A program made the position numbers and the translations under genes. 64,000 bases of DNA, from NCBI GenBank assembly GCA_050084515.1, contig CM114271.1, positions 44,950,001 to 45,014,000 of the forward strand. Reading direction: 5' to 3'. The notes under the pieces were generated by a model that worked only from the letters and a program-made list of their open reading frames with translations, had not been told where the DNA came from and did no database searches. Each line of letters begins with the position of its first letter. The first letter of the stretch is position 1. Below are positions 29,857 through 44,190 of the stretch, piece after piece. The DNA comes from Blasia pusilla (lineage: Eukaryota).

Positions 29857-31063
29857 TCAGACTATAGCCTCCACAGGCATGTTGTCGTCCTCGAAGTGCG
29901 CCAGGGATAAGTTGGGGAACGGGAGCAACGCCACACCACCATAATTGCGCTTAATGTACTTCTCTTTTATCGCATGGAGTTTGTGATCCCTCAAATTCAC
30001 CTGAAGATGAAGATCCTGAATCACCGTAGTGCAAATTCAAAGATCAGACGAGCGATATCCGGAGACTTGCCATAAGGTTTCACTCCACGGAAGGCTCGTA
30101 CAGTTGAGGGTAATCCTGGCGACGAAGATCGTTGACGCAACGACGAGAGATGGCAAGAAACGCGCGAATCGGTAGTCCAGTAGGGTAATTTTTGCAAGGT
30201 ACTCAACCATACATTTTAGCTGGGGAGCAGACGGCCGATACTCGACCTGTGCGGGTCCGGTGAAGCTCCTCAGGAAGCTCCGTGCGGTAGGATTGCTCAG
30301 CTCAAAATGAATCCCCGCAAGAACTTGCTTCTCTTGCTCCACAATCGCATTGCAATCACGGTCGTTATGCCCTGCTCCCAAAAAGTCCCCCAACGCGGGA
30401 GTCACCCTCCGATTCTCTTCGTACTTTGCGGCAAGGAATAGACAACACATTCCTAATGACTGCGAGGAAGTGCTTTTGACGATGTGGAACACGTCGATTG
30501 GGACGTAACGATCGACACAAGAAACTGCAAGTCGACTTCCTCCGCTACGCTCACGAGCCAGTTGATCATGTTAGCTCTCTGTTTGGAGTTTATTTCCAGT
30601 TGCGAGTTTGGAGGCGCCGTACAGGCGGTGTGGATGATGGCGGGCCTCCGAGTCAGCCGCTCTTGCATGTGGAGATGGTCGTAGATATCAGCGGCATGTG
30701 AGCTCTCTTGCGGCGAAGCATTTCCCTCTCGCCACCTCAAAACACGGGAGAATCGAGGCCGACACCAACCGCCACTCTTGGAGGCACATTCTCGCGGTTT
30801 CCTCTTGTACCTCTTCTATTGCTGCTGCCATGCACACTCGTGGACTCCACTGGGGGCACCGCAAGGGCAAGATTACGACTCGCACGGTTACACAAATTGA
30901 TCAAGGCAACATGCCTCCTCCGTTTCTGTTCCCTTCTATCTTCTCTCTCCCAACTCCGATACAAAGCCGGACATTCCTCTCCAGCTTCCATGGCCTCACC
31001 TCCCTCGCTCTTCTCTCTCATCTTCGATAAAATGCCGGACATTAATGCCTCTCGAGCTTCCAT
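29857..31063 (-). pseudogene. Intronless, divergent A-type cyclin pseudogene (frameshifts at ~30740 and ~30530, in-frame TGA at 30037-30039)
   Basis: In order: D-box-like KRRRHVALINLCN, HAADIYDHL, RANMINWLVSVAEE, LAVSCVDRY, LGMCCLFLAAKYEE, FELSNPTARSFLR, LLDYRFARFLPSLVVAS, PWSETL, AIKEKY, then a stop at 29857. There are no introns. Confidence 0.88.
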
Positions 31064-31222
31064 GGCCTCACCTCCCTCGCACGCCCTTGTACAGCTAGGA
31101 GCTGGGCGCTAAGGGCTCTCGATAGACCAAGAACTTAGAGCCTTTATGGCTCTGGTCCTCCTCAACGCCCCCTACCCACCCGTCATCCCACCCCTGACCC
31201 GCTATCACCCACTCCCCGAATA

Positions 31223-31310
31223 GGCCGGAAGAGTACTTCCGGCCGAGTAACTATATATCCGCCCTCTGGGGCGGATATATAGGGTCGGATATCCGCGGCG
31301 GGTCGGCCCG
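31223..31310. other. Cluster of adjacent perfect inverted repeats upstream of the cyclin, including TATA-like arms
   Basis: GGCCGGAAG-AGTA-CTTCCGGCC (31223-31244), CTATATATCCGCCC-TCTG-GGGCGGATATATAG (31251-31282), the palindrome CGGATATCCG, and GCGGG-TCGG-CCCGC. Confidence 0.85.
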
Positions 31311-31744
31311 CACCCATGTACCCATCCCACCCATATACGTTCTCCATGTGCCGCGATGCCATTGCATATGGGCATGCGAATGGCCTTGGCGGTTCGGCGA
31401 AAGAATTGTGTTCATGTTTGGATTACCTTCTTCATTTATCCACGCTCCAAGTTTTGGATGGAGGCTCGATCCTAGCAGCAACCAATGAGTTGCCTCCAAG
31501 TCTCCAAAGTCGATCCCCACCTTCTTTGTGTGACAAAGAGTTGGGTCATAAGGATGAACGGTGTAGATTTGGGTTAGTTTAGATCCAACCGTCTAGTAGC
31601 TTTGAATGACCTTCTTCAATTTCGAGATTGACGCCTCACTTTTGCAACTGGCGAGCAGGGAGTGAGCGCAGTTTCAGCGCCGCAGCCTAAGGGAGACTCA
31701 GGGCACCAGGACGGCTACCTTCAGTTTTATTTTCTCTTTACCTA

Positions 31745-32170
31745 GTTGGAATACCTTCCGAGGGAGATCGGGCAAAGACGCAAGTTACTCGTTCATGTTA
31801 GAGGCAGGGCGGGTTCCGATTTTACCACAGTGTTTTTCACGAATGGTTCGCGCGTTTTGGCGACTCTGACAGAAAGGCGAACTCGGTGGCGTTCAAAGGC
31901 AAACTTGAATACATAAAGACGAATGTAAATCATCTCAATCGCGGAGGTTGATTTGGAATACTTTCCGTTTATAAGTTTGCCCGAATGTACAGAGCAATAT
32001 CGTTCGTGTTGGAGAATGGAGAAGATTACGTATCTTTTTTTCTGGAATGATTCTCTCGATTTGGTGGTTCACAAATGAAGGCAAACGTGGTGGCAAACTT
32101 GATTAGAGCTCAGCAACTTTGAATCGTCTTAATCACGGAGGTGCATCTGGAATACTTTCCGCCGTTGAGG
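31745..32170. repeat. Degenerate ~200-bp tandem repeat anchored on TGGAATACYTTCCG
   Basis: The motif is at 31748, 31955 and 32149. AATC.TCT.AATC.CGGAGGT precedes the last two copies, and GGCAAACTTGA occurs in both units. Confidence 0.7.
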
Positions 32171-32381
32171 TATGCTCGAATATTCACTCTCGTCACTTTT
32201 TTAATTATTCTTTGCCGTTCACTATAGTTCCGTCCCTATTGCACATGACAAGTTCTTTTAGGCTGCCTTTGCACTGTGTGATCTGTAGCCACGGAGTCCA
32301 TATGAAGTCCTCACTATGTGTGGTACTTGTGATTTTCTCCCCCAACTACCATGCCTTTTACTACTGACTTTTTATAAGATC

Positions 32382-32512
<131 letters not shown>

Positions 32513-34723
32513 ATCTCTCGGCCTTGACTCGACGGCCTTGCTCGACTCAGACGTGGCTTGGTCGCTCACAATAGTCAGAGAATTCAGAGCACTTAGATCC
32601 AGCTTGATCAACTGAGACATAGCTTGCTCGACGTAGAAGTAGATGGCTTCCTTCACCTACAAACGTTATCAAGATCTATGGACAGAGACGTACTCGCCGG
32701 AGTGCTATGTTAAACGCACAAACCATACTGCGCAGTCCCTTGGAGAAAGCTCACGCTTCTTTGAGGTTTCTTCCGTATTGATCCGGGATGCCCACTCCAT
32801 TCCATTCCATCAAGCTCCATTCCAGTCCATCATGTACTCAGCAGGGCGGTAGTATCGGAAATGATTTCTGCAAACCTGGAAGTTGAAACAGAGAAGTCAG
32901 AGAAATCTCGGATGCTTCTAGATTCCATTCCTTGCCAAGCTACATAGAACGAAATAAGGCTGATTCGCGATCCAGGCTGCATCTGAATCTCATCCTCGAT
33001 TCGCCGTCACTCCCAGCTGATTATGTTATGATTTCAGGCTCTGTAATCCATAACCTCACGAATCATGTCCAGGTTTTCCGACCATCGTCTAAACTTGTTC
33101 GAGTTTCTAAACTTCTAGGTTGCTTAACACTCACTAATGGAGCCTCCAGGACTTCTACGGCACACTCCCAATGAGAGCGAATGAGCTCAAGAAAGATCGG
33201 GGAGGAAACAGACGCCCCTGTTCTCGCGATTCCGCTAACGAGCATCCATGTACCACATGGCTACAATTGGTAATATGTTATGTGGAATATTGCGACATAT
33301 CTACACAAAGCGTGCATATGGAATCCTCGGAAGCGGATGATAACTCTCGCTTTGTGACACGAATGAGATGGAGAGGTGTCGCTTAACTGTTTCGACGGAG
33401 CTCGAAATCATGAGCCTTCCACCAGTGCTACAACGTCACAGTTTGGGAAGTCCGCAGTCGCGGCAATACATGCCTTAGCTTTGAGTAGTAGACGGTACAA
33501 GACCTCAAAAATCCAAGGGGTTTGAGAAGAAACAACCTGTCCCGCCTACACTTTTACACTACACAAACGAGTGCAAGCACAATAATAAGTCTGTTGTTCC
33601 TTGTGCATCACTTGCACAATGACGTCATCGCTTGCACAATGACGTGTTTAGCAATCCAAAGCTTCGATTCGATTATCATCTTTCCAAAGCTCTGGAAGCA
33701 GCGGTGAAATCAATCTTAATTACACTGCTGTCCATGTATCGTGGAAGTGCAGGAAGATATCCAGCTTCTTCCCACCATATCTTTTCATGCTTATCCTTCC
33801 CAATTGCCAGGGTCAGCATATTTCCATGTAAAGCATCGCCCGATTTGACACAGCTAGCTATAGGCCATAGGATAGTTTTATGGAATTTTCTTGATGAATA
33901 TCGAATGATTAACCAAGCGGTTGCAAGGACTTTTGAATATATTTCAGAAACTGTAGCAATTTGCGTTCTTATGAGCGTGCCTCTTATGAGTCACCTGGCC
34001 CCCGAGAAGCGTGTAGGAAGGAAGTTAGATTCTTGTGAACCGTGGGAGCTTCCTTCTCTAGGCTTACTACAGTATATGACTACTGTAGCTACCCTGGGCC
34101 CGAGATGAAACCCTACAGTCCAGACTCCGCTTTATATTGAAGTAATTGTTGGATCTTCATTCGGACTTGTTAGACTGTTCCCACATTTCAATGGAGGTCG
34201 AAACCTGAGATGGAGGACCACCAGAGGTAGGCGTACCGGATGAAAGAGAGTTGGGTCCGCCGTATCTCTCTCCGCCCAACGCCTTGGAGAATTCCACGCT
34301 GGTTTACTTTATGTTTTTAATATACACATGTCAGGTTGGGAGTGGTGGAATGGAAGATTGCTCTATAGCAGATTTTAATGATGAACCTCTCAAATTACCA
34401 ATCAACCAGGCGACCAACAGACCTTGTTCGTTTGAATTGCACGTCTACATTTTTTCACGTAAAAATGCTACAGCATCCATTCACTTTAGACGCCAAATCC
34501 TCAATTAGTCATTATTCCACCATCGCGCTCTCATCTTCTTCCCTCTCTGCCATGATATCCCAAACATGGCATGTTATATCCCTTGCAGATAAAAACTACC
34601 AACATTGAATGACTTCGTCTTGCTATGCAATCTCAGATTCGGGCAGGCATAGACAACGACTCATCACTACCCATACATACCCAGAACCAACAACTTTTAG
34701 GAGGCACATTTGCAGTACTTACA

Positions 34724-34915
34724 TGATGAGGGGAATTTAAGGGCAAGTCCAAGATTTGGACAAGAAGGAGTTGGCCTTGGTAAAGGATAAAGAACCTGTA
34801 AAAAACTCCATATCTTCAGTAGAGTAATCCTCCATGGTATTCCACAAAATATTGTATCCCTGCCCTACGCTCCTCCACCAGGTGCATATCCCCTTCTGAA
34901 TTCTCTTCATTCACC
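34724..34915 (-). pseudogene. Exon fragment resembling oligopeptidase B / prolyl oligopeptidase (S9A) beta-propeller
   Basis: VNEENSEGDMHLVEERRAGIQYFVEYHGGLLY is followed by EDMEFF and a GTAAGT donor. This resembles 'R..G.QYF.EHH.G.FYI' and 'EDMD.F' of plant OPB-like proteins. The rest of the gene was not found. Confidence 0.45.
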
Positions 34916-35086
34916 AAATAAACTTGGCAAATAAATATATTGATAGAGAAAGATCCACTAACAAAAACAAACACCAATTAAATATTGTGTCACATGAAAG
35001 CCATAAAATTCACAGATAAGAATTTCGTGCCTAACTTTTAACTAGAGCATTCTAATCCAACAAGACCTCTTGCGGCATTTCCTTCA

Positions 35087-35200
<114 letters not shown>

Positions 35201-35748
35201 TGGCTACGACATGCACTACTTAATGAGTACAGTCTCTCTCTGATGGGTGCACTATCCACCTAGATATCTAATGAATCTCGCCTTCGGTCTAGATTCCCTA
35301 CAAAAGATGAACATATTCTCAACATGATTGAATTAGCACCAAACGTGAACCAGTTGTAGATGAATTTTTTGTCTAATCGGATGACATATAACAGTCATTG
35401 TTTTAGGTTCTATTAACTCCTGACCACACAGGTAGTTTAGGTGGCTACTTGCTAAGCTTCAACTGATTGTACATTTTTTCGGACCCTTTGCCTGATTTTT
35501 CTCCTCTTTTATATTGATACACAACTTTTAGTAAGATGGTTTAGGGAGGAATGGAAGGCATTTGAGTTTTGAAACCAAGGGAGATTTTAGAAGAATACCA
35601 AGGTTTAAGAATAAATTTCACATCAAACATTTAGTGGGAATGTTCATTGCCCAGAACTAGTGGGTCTTGTTAGGTTTTATCCCTTTGGAACATGTTAATG
35701 TCATGGTTTGAGATACTTTATTGAATGTGTTTCAAGAGTGCCTTTCCC

Positions 35749-38658
35749 ATGTCTACTCCGACCTCAGTTTCCACCCGGGTAGTTTGTGGCGTTGCATTGG
35801 GGGAAAATACCTATTGGAGGTAGTTGCATGACGGCGCAAAGTGGATGTGTCTAGTTTGTAGTTGCATTTACTGTGCAAAGAACAAAACAAAGTGCAATCA
35901 GCACTTAACTAAGAAGCACCCTCACCTACACCCAAGTTACTTAGTATCTTTGGAAAATGCAGGTAGGCATCTTGACGACCGTGTGAAGGGCCGTAAGAGG
36001 AACATTAGTGAGAAGCAGAGAGAGAAAGATTTGATGAGAAAATCAGGAGATGCTATCGGGCGTTTAGAAAAGATGAAGAGGGAAAAATTATACACATTTA
36101 GACAACATTGGTCTGAGACATGGTTGACAATGGAACGAGATCCTGTCATCCCACACTTGTTCAATAAGCCAGCATTGTTGGCTTTAATGGAGTGTGATCT
36201 CCCCAAGTGCCTTGGTATCCAAGATTGGGATGACTTATTGGATAGAGAAAAGTATGACATGTGTCTTGTGAAAGTACGAGAGTGCGGTGAAAGCAATTTG
36301 ATGATGGATGTGATCGTCTTAGCATGCTTGGTTGCCATTGAGAGAGCTAGTAAACATGGTTCTGCAAACCAGATTGGGAGGGGGAAGAATTACTTTCTTC
36401 ATTTGGAGTCGGTGAAGAAACTTTGGGGAGTAGAGGAAAAGAAAGAGGGAGTGTGTTTGGGTGTGCTTCCTGCCATTTTTAAAGATGACAGATCTCAGCA
36501 ATTGAAGGAGAGACAAGCTTGGATTTCTCAAAAGAAACAAAACTTAATGGCTTGGCTTGAAAGAGATCAAGCCAAGTACTCGGATTTCATGGCTAGGCAA
36601 CAATAGAATGAATGGTTGGAGAGAAGAAACTTGGAGGAGGTCAAAGAGGTTTGCAAAAAAAGAGCTTCCAAGTATGTCCCAAGGGAGAAGAAGGATGTAG
36701 ATTTAGATTGGTCTAGGAGGAATGTACATAAATCTACATTAGGGAGTAGCTCTAGCAAACCACCTCCCACCTCTCAAGGAGATGAATGTGATGATATAAG
36801 TGACTTTCAAGTTTTGCGCCCAAAGAGGCGAAGTAAGTTGGCTTGTAAGCCTATTGTTGAGAAGTTTACAGCAAGGAGTGTAGAAGATTTTGGTGAGAGT
36901 AGGGAGGACCATATTGGTTTGACGCATGTGGAAGAAGTTAGAAAGGTCAGAGTGCGCACGAGATCTATGGGAGGTGACTCTTGCTCCAAGGTTGGGCTTC
37001 CACATGTACCCAAGTCCTTGAAGAAGAGAGAGAAAAGTATATCGGGTACTGCCCCTTCTTCTTCCCCTATTGAGACCCCTTGTGTGATGGTTGAAGACCG
37101 GGTTGGTCTAGATTTTCCACCATGTACTACTAATACACAAGAAACTATTCCAGCACCTGGGAGTTGTGATGTGTCCATTGGCCCTTCATGTGTCGAGATG
37201 AACCTTCCACAAGGAGAAATCTTGAAGGGTAGCTCTTATGTGGTCGGGGAATATGTTGGTGAGTCTCCTCCCTCACATGAAGAGACTTTACTTTCAGCTG
37301 GAGCACCAGAAGTTGTTAGTGGAATATCTTATAGTGGTGCAGTGATGGAAAGTATCCCAACCAGTGTGTGTGATGGTGGTGGTATTGGTTCTTTGTGTGT
37401 TGAGATTCAAGGACAGATAATTAAGGGTAGCTCTCATTTGGATGGGGAACATGTTGGTGAGTCTCCTCCCTTGCATACAGAGACCTTAGTTTCAGTTGGA
37501 CTACCAGAGGTTGGCCTTGGAGTACCTTCTCTTGCTGCAATTCTAGAAGGCATTCCAGCTACTGTGCGTGGTGGTGGTGGTGGCATTGGAGCTTCCCGTG
37601 TTGAGTTGGATCTACATGATAGCTCTCATGTGGATGGGGAATGTGTTGGTGAGTCTGCTCCCTTGCATGTAGACATTGTAGATTCAATTGGAGTTTTGGA
37701 GGCAAGTCTCGGAATACCTTTTAGTGTTGCAGGTTTGGAGAAAGGCATTCCAGCAATTGGATGTGGTGGTGGTGGGGATGATGGTGAGATTGGAATTACC
37801 AGAGGTGATATTCTAGAAGGTATTCCGAGCTTGGTGAAAGTTTCATCAGAGATGTTGGAGGGTGATTTGGAGGGAATGGCACGAGCTCATAGAGTGGACG
37901 ATTTAGGAGATGTTGGCGTTGACACTGTGGGTATTGTAGAGACTTTGTGTGGCCAAGTGGGATGCATAAATGATAGTATATCCCATATCTCTACACCTGA
38001 TGTTTTCTTTACCCCCGTTGGTAGTGCTTTGGATTGTCATGAGACATCCAAAGGGGGTTTGGCTGGTGATGATGGTGATCCTATTGTTGGAGGTTCATCC
38101 ATTGAGAGACCTTCTACCCATGACCTTTTTTCTTTGAGGAAAAATCTTTTGAAGGTTGGTTCTTCATATGTACCAAGAAGTAGAAAGGGAAAGAAGAGGG
38201 TTTCAATGGAGAATGGAGAGGAGGATAATATACACGGTGGGGGCTTCGCTTCATTGGATGATATGGATTCCATTGATCAAATTTCTAATAGCCAGATTCT
38301 AAGAGATCTCCATGAGATCAACGGTGAGTGGTTTATTCCTCCACCCACGAGCCAAGTAGCTGATGCTGCCGAGTGCAGGGAGGTGGAAAGAGATTTGCCA
38401 AATGCCTCCCAACTTGATATCACTCAAATCATGGCGGAGTCAAACATGGAACTTCTTGTGGGTGACATGGACATAAGGCCCAAAAATATTCCACGACACA
38501 CGGGTTTATCTCCCACTATGGAGGAGTGTAGAGAACTAGGGAAGACAAGGTCCGAGGTCCTTCAAGATATGTTGGCTACACCACCCACTCGACGATGGGC
38601 AAAAAGGAAAAATGTATATGGCAAATCAATAATGGGGCGAAAGCGGCGTAAGAATTAG
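35749..38658 (+). pseudogene. Long intronless reading frame (~970 codons) with an N-terminal Cys/His zinc-finger-like motif, a charged helical region and an acidic Gly/Ser-rich repeat tail; two in-frame TAG stops
   Basis: ATG 35749, TAG 35821, ORF 35824-36606 (TAG) and ORF 36616-38658 are all in the same frame. CLVCSCIYC...CNQHLTKKH. Three GSS.V.GE.VGES.P.H repeats. Basic NLS-like C-terminus RKRRKN. Confidence 0.65.
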
Positions 38659-40422
38659 GTAAAAAAATTTTAATTTTGTTATTGAGTGCATTCTTTTGTT
38701 AGTTCTTGTTTCTTTCAACATGTTGAGGAGATCACCTTGGATAACAAAGTCCTGTTGATAATTCGTAAGTTTTATTGATGTGTTTTTTTTCAGGTTGGAG
38801 CGGATTTTGGTTTTACATGGCCGAAATTTGGGACATCTTTCTTATAGACATTCCTTTGAACCATCTTACAATTATGCATAGAGTAATATGATGTGAAGAA
38901 AACTTGTGCTTTTTCTTGCAAATGGGGCTTTCAGATCACATATAGTACTACGAGAAATTATTCCGTCGATGTCACAATCATAGTGCATTTTTTGGAGCAG
39001 ATATAGTAATATCGGAAGGCTTTATGCCAAGGCCACTACCATATTGTTAATTTTTTGACTTTGTTAGTTTGAAAGTAGACGACTATAAAATGCGTATAGT
39101 GAGAATGATCTCACTCCAATTGTTAGAAATAGAGAAAATCTATCCTGAAGGCGTTTTTTCATCTTAATACTCTTGGTCTTTCATTGGTATTTGTGACATC
39201 CATTCATTCTCTTCCTCTTCTTGAGTATCACATATTTTTTCTAATACTTTGGAATGAGTGAGTTTGTTGTTTTACTTGTTGTTTGATCTCAAAGGCAAGT
39301 ATACCTTAAACCTGATCGCTTCCCATGTAAATCACTCCCTACATCAATAATCGGTTGTTGTTTTTTCTGCTCTTGAGATGAGTAAGTTGTTGGTACTTAT
39401 AGGATTTCTCTTAGAGCTTGTACTACCAAAAGGTATTCCAACATTTCTCACACTCTTAGTGTTTGTCTATTGCTTTTTTAGTTTGATTACTTGCCATGTT
39501 TTATTGGAAGATTCCTATAGTGTTTCAGCTGCAGGATGGTATTTTAGGTAAATTTCAGTTTCCATATAGGCACTCAGAGTATCTACATCGTAGACATTCT
39601 TCCATTTTATACGACAATAGGAGAGTAAAGGCGTATGTTTTGAAAATTAAATTACTACAAAAGCTACAGAAGACCCTGTTACACTCATGTCTTTTGAAAA
39701 GCATTCTTGATGATTTGGATGTTATCTAAGGCTTTAGGATTATACAATGTACTACGGAATGGTATTTCGTCACTTGAACTATAGGGCGGTATTGTTGTTA
39801 AAATTCAGTTTCCAAATAGAGACTCACAGTATCTATATTGCAATGCTTTAGGAGTAGAGTATTTACAGTCGAAAGGTATTCCGTCACTTCTCACATATTT
39901 TACTTTATGAGATTGATTACTTTCGAGGTTTTTGTCGATTACCACATGATTTATTTGATAGATTGGAATGATTGAGCTTGTTTTTTTGTCTAGTATGTAT
40001 TTAAAGTTTTTTTTTTCGATGGCTATCATATTTGAGCTTTGATTTAGTACTATAGGTTAAGTTTACTTTCTGTTTAGGATCTTAGTGTGCTTACATTATG
40101 AACATTCGCCCCATTTTCTGTGATAATTGTAAAGGAGAGTAAACGGGTATTTTTTGAAAATGACATGACTTTGTAAATACTAAATAGGATTCACTGCGAG
40201 CGCTATAGAATACTGTGTTAAGATCATTCCTTTCCTACGAAGATGAAACGTGATGATTCCGATGCCATTGAGAAGTTTGTGTAGAATCTGTGCTATTGAA
40301 AGGCATTCCGTCATTTCCCTCAATCTTACTATTTATTTACTTTCGTTACTTGTCTTTTTTTTTCGTGAAGATCACATAACTTTTCTCATGCATTATAATC
40401 AAATGCTTGTGTACAGGTAAGT

Positions 40423-43400
40423 ATGGACATCGACAATCCTCTTGACTTGACATCAACCCTTCCTCCATCACATGATCAAGTGGAGGAGAATGCATTTGTA
40501 AGTAGAAGTGCATTGACAAGAAGAATTCTAGCCATGAAGATGATGGAACTCCAAGCAGACTTGCCGACGGGGTACATATCAGCAAAAGATCTCCATTGGG
40601 ATCGATATAATGCAGCGTATATCCCCTGGCATAGGTTGGAGGACTTCATTATCGGGGAGGGTAATGGAGACAATGTAAACCCCACTAGCTTTTGGAAGGG
40701 CACATCCAGGTGCAGAGGAGAAAGATTAGGACAAGACAAAGGCGAGGAATCATCATACACTGTGTACTATTGTGCTTACGGACCTCAAGACAAGCGACAC
40801 TTCCATCAACCGGTTGTGAGTAGGTGAGCACGGATAAGTGGTATATTTTTAAAGTGGAATAATGATATGAACAAGGAAGGTGATCAATCATCTTTTGTTC
40901 TTGTTTATAATGCATCCAATTTATTTCCATTTCTTTTGTCCCTGCTAGAGAGATACTATTTATGTATGATGGAATGCATTCCTTTTTCTTTTTCAGGTCA
41001 AGCATTCCCAAATTAGGCCCAGGAAGTCGGCCTCGTGCCCAAAAAATTGTACAGGGAGATAGTTGGAAGCGAGGGTGTCTCTGTTACCTTTCTGTATGTG
41101 AAATCAAGGCTCCAATGCATGTGGCAAAGATCATTTACAAACATAGATTACATGTTGACAAGGATGGGATGCCATGCCACGGAAATAACGACCCAACAAG
41201 TTTGGACACTCCTAAAATGTATGCTCCTAGGATCTCAAAGGAGTTGAGATGTTACATAAAGGAGAGGCTTTGACTCTGGGTAAAGCCCCGTCAGATTATG
41301 CGCGAGCATGGGATGATGCTTAAAATGAGATCTAACACCTCTCCGGACTTTGAGGGGAGTATGACGAGGGATGATTTCCTACAAATGCATGATATTGCAA
41401 ATGCAAAGAAGTCCTTGAATATGGAGACTTTCCAGTTTTGTATAGATGAAAATGAATCTTTGAGTACCTTTGTAAACCTCTATCCAGAGAAGGTCTTCTT
41501 TTATGAGCCTTATTTTGATGATACAAGACCATTCATATTGGGATTCCAGAGCGCTTGGCAATTGCAATTGATGGTGAAATACGGACACAATAGTATTCTT
41601 AGCATGGATAGTACGTTTGGCACCAATCGAAGCAAGGTTTGTTACTCTTTACTCATATCTACACTAAATAAAATCTTGCAAAGTTGAATTTCATGTCTAC
41701 CTGTAACACTCCTTATGTGTTGTAATTCTGTGTGCAGTTTCCTTTGTATACCATCTTAGTGTTTGATGAGCACCACACTAGTAGCTCCAAGGAGGTGCAC
41801 TTGGTGAAATGGCTACATGCAGTGGTAACCAAGTGTAAAAGACAACAACCCTCTTGGGAGCCGAATGCAATCATCGTAGACGATACCAACGCCGAGCAAA
41901 ATGCATTGAGGTACATTAAGGATATGCAATGAAGTATTCTCTTGGTACAGAGTCATTCCATATTTGTGTTTTTGTTTTTCAATATGACTCGTCATTCTGT
42001 TACATAGGCATATTGGTCACATGGATGGAAGGTATTCCAAGTATTGGTTTTTAATCATGCTGTAACTCACCAATACCTTTACTTGTAGGGTAACATTTGC
42101 CAACTCAAGTATCATATTATGTCTTTGGCATGTACGCCATGACTGGTTGAAGCAACTGAAATGAAAGGTTCGATGTGCAATCATGAGAGCTCACATGTCA
42201 CAATGACTAGGAGAAATTATGTAAGTAAATCGGTGTGGCACATACACTAGAGGTGTGATCTTGGATGATGCAAAGATCCTGCTGCAACAATTCTATTCAG
42301 ACTTCAAAGAGGAAGTTGAATTCATCAACTATATAAGGACTTATTGGGAGCCAAAATTAGGTGGGTGTCTTTGTTTCTCTTATATATTTGGAATACTTAC
42401 ATAATCGGTGTTCATGAGTAATATTTTCTTTGGTTGGTTCTCTAGAATATTAATATTGTAGGTGTCTGGATTAACTATACATCTTAGTGTCTTTTTGTTT
42501 GAGCACAGGTAAGTGGGTGAAAGCGGCAAGGGACTACCCTCATGCAAACCAAGACACGAACGTTGCAATTGAATCATATCATGGAAGCATGAAAGCAATT
42601 CTTGCTGATGACAATAGGAGTATTGCTCAAAGAAGAGAAGACTACCTAGTTTGGAAGCTTAGGAGTTTTGTAGAGGCTTGGTATTTTCACATTCACTTGC
42701 TGAAAAAAAAAGGTTTTGTACAAAACGCAACAGAAGAGCAATATGTGAATAATGCAATATTGAAAGGAAGAGAAATTTGGATATTATTTATGCAGCTTTG
42801 AATCAGGGGGCAAGTAAAGCTGGCACGTATCAGGAACCAAACAATACCAAAAAAATGGTATGAAGTATACAACTATGACACCGAATGGGGTCATTGTGAG
42901 TGTCATTGGTCCCTAAAGGGGAACATCTGCAAGCACATGGTAAGTAATACTTTTGTTTTCCTTTTTGGGTACCACAAATTGTCTTAATGTCCATCTTCTA
43001 ATGCAAGTATCATGATTTCTATGATGAGATCTCTCTCCAGATGGTAGTGACTTTGCTTTTAAGAGGATTACAACTAAGAGGACCTTGTGAATATACTTGG
43101 AAGAAGATTGAAACAACAAATGGGGAGGAATTGCACAACTAAAAATGACAAAGGATTTAATTCAAGATATATTGAAAGTCATATCTCCGGCGACCTCCTC
43201 GATCTCAACGAAATATCAGGTTTCCTTTTAAATACTAATACAAAATCTTGTAGTGCAAGTACATTGAAATAATTTGGATATTATTTATGCTTTGGTTTTC
43301 AAGTTTCAGCTAGAATCTAATTATTTGAATCAGTGTCTTTCTAATGCATTCCATACACAAGAGAGAAGTATAAGCCCTTCGCTTGAGACAACACCAAGAG

Positions 43401-43870
43401 TCAAGAATCTTATTTATGGATGGTTTAACCCAAGAAATGGAGGCTACTATGGATTTTGTTGTACTCTAAGTTGCAAAATCATTGCCATGGTAGTGACTTG
43501 CTTTTAAGAAAGGCGTCTAAAATGTTGAGGGAAATAAATGGTCGGATTGAAATAACAAAAGTTGTTGTTAGAAACGGCTTGATCAGAAGGGCCAGGAAAC
43601 CCCTTAGGACATACAATGATGGTTTCCAAAACAATAATTGTCAAACGAGTGAAGTCCAACATTGATTGTTTGGAAAAAGCAAAGAGCTTTAGTACACAAC
43701 ATGGATTGGCATATAACACAGTTTTGTGTCCATCCCATGATGGAACCTCAAGTAGGTTACCATCCTTTCCAAAGCCAAGACCAAGAAAGAAGAGATTGGG
43801 CCTGCAAGATGAGCTAGACACACAGGCAAGATCAATGCTTTTGAATATGGATGGTGCCACATACACGTGA
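40423..43870 (+). mobile_element. Disrupted, intron-containing MULE-type DDE transposase with SWIM finger (At1g60560/At4g13970-like), copy 1
   Basis: IPWHRLEDFIIGE, YYCAYGPQD, KRGCLC..HVDKDGMPCHG, PFILGFQSAWQLQLMVKYGHNSILSMDSTFGTN (D), IIVDD (D), LCLWHVR (CxxH), DTNVAIESYH (E), CECHWSLKGNICKH (SWIM). Several premature stops and frameshifts, and GT-AG introns. Confidence 0.85.
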
Positions 43871-44190
43871 TTTTGTTGTAGTTTTGAGATCGGTGTATAT
43901 GGAGGATTGGGGCTTTTGGAATTCATGGAAGGTATTCCAGATTGGCCGATCTTCACAGGATCTCCACGGGTAGCGTCACATATATTAACGGCATCGATCA
44001 TAGGGCCTTCCGCCGGCCCTAGGCATTGGATTTTTGAGAGAGGGATATCGCGATACATAGGGGGCTCAATTCAGATGAATATTTTCAATCTTCAGGTTCA
44101 CTGAAGATGAAGCGACTATGAATCAAGGGAAACGGAAATGAGTGTGAAGAAGTTCTTCTGATCTCCACGATTCAATTTTGATCTATCACC

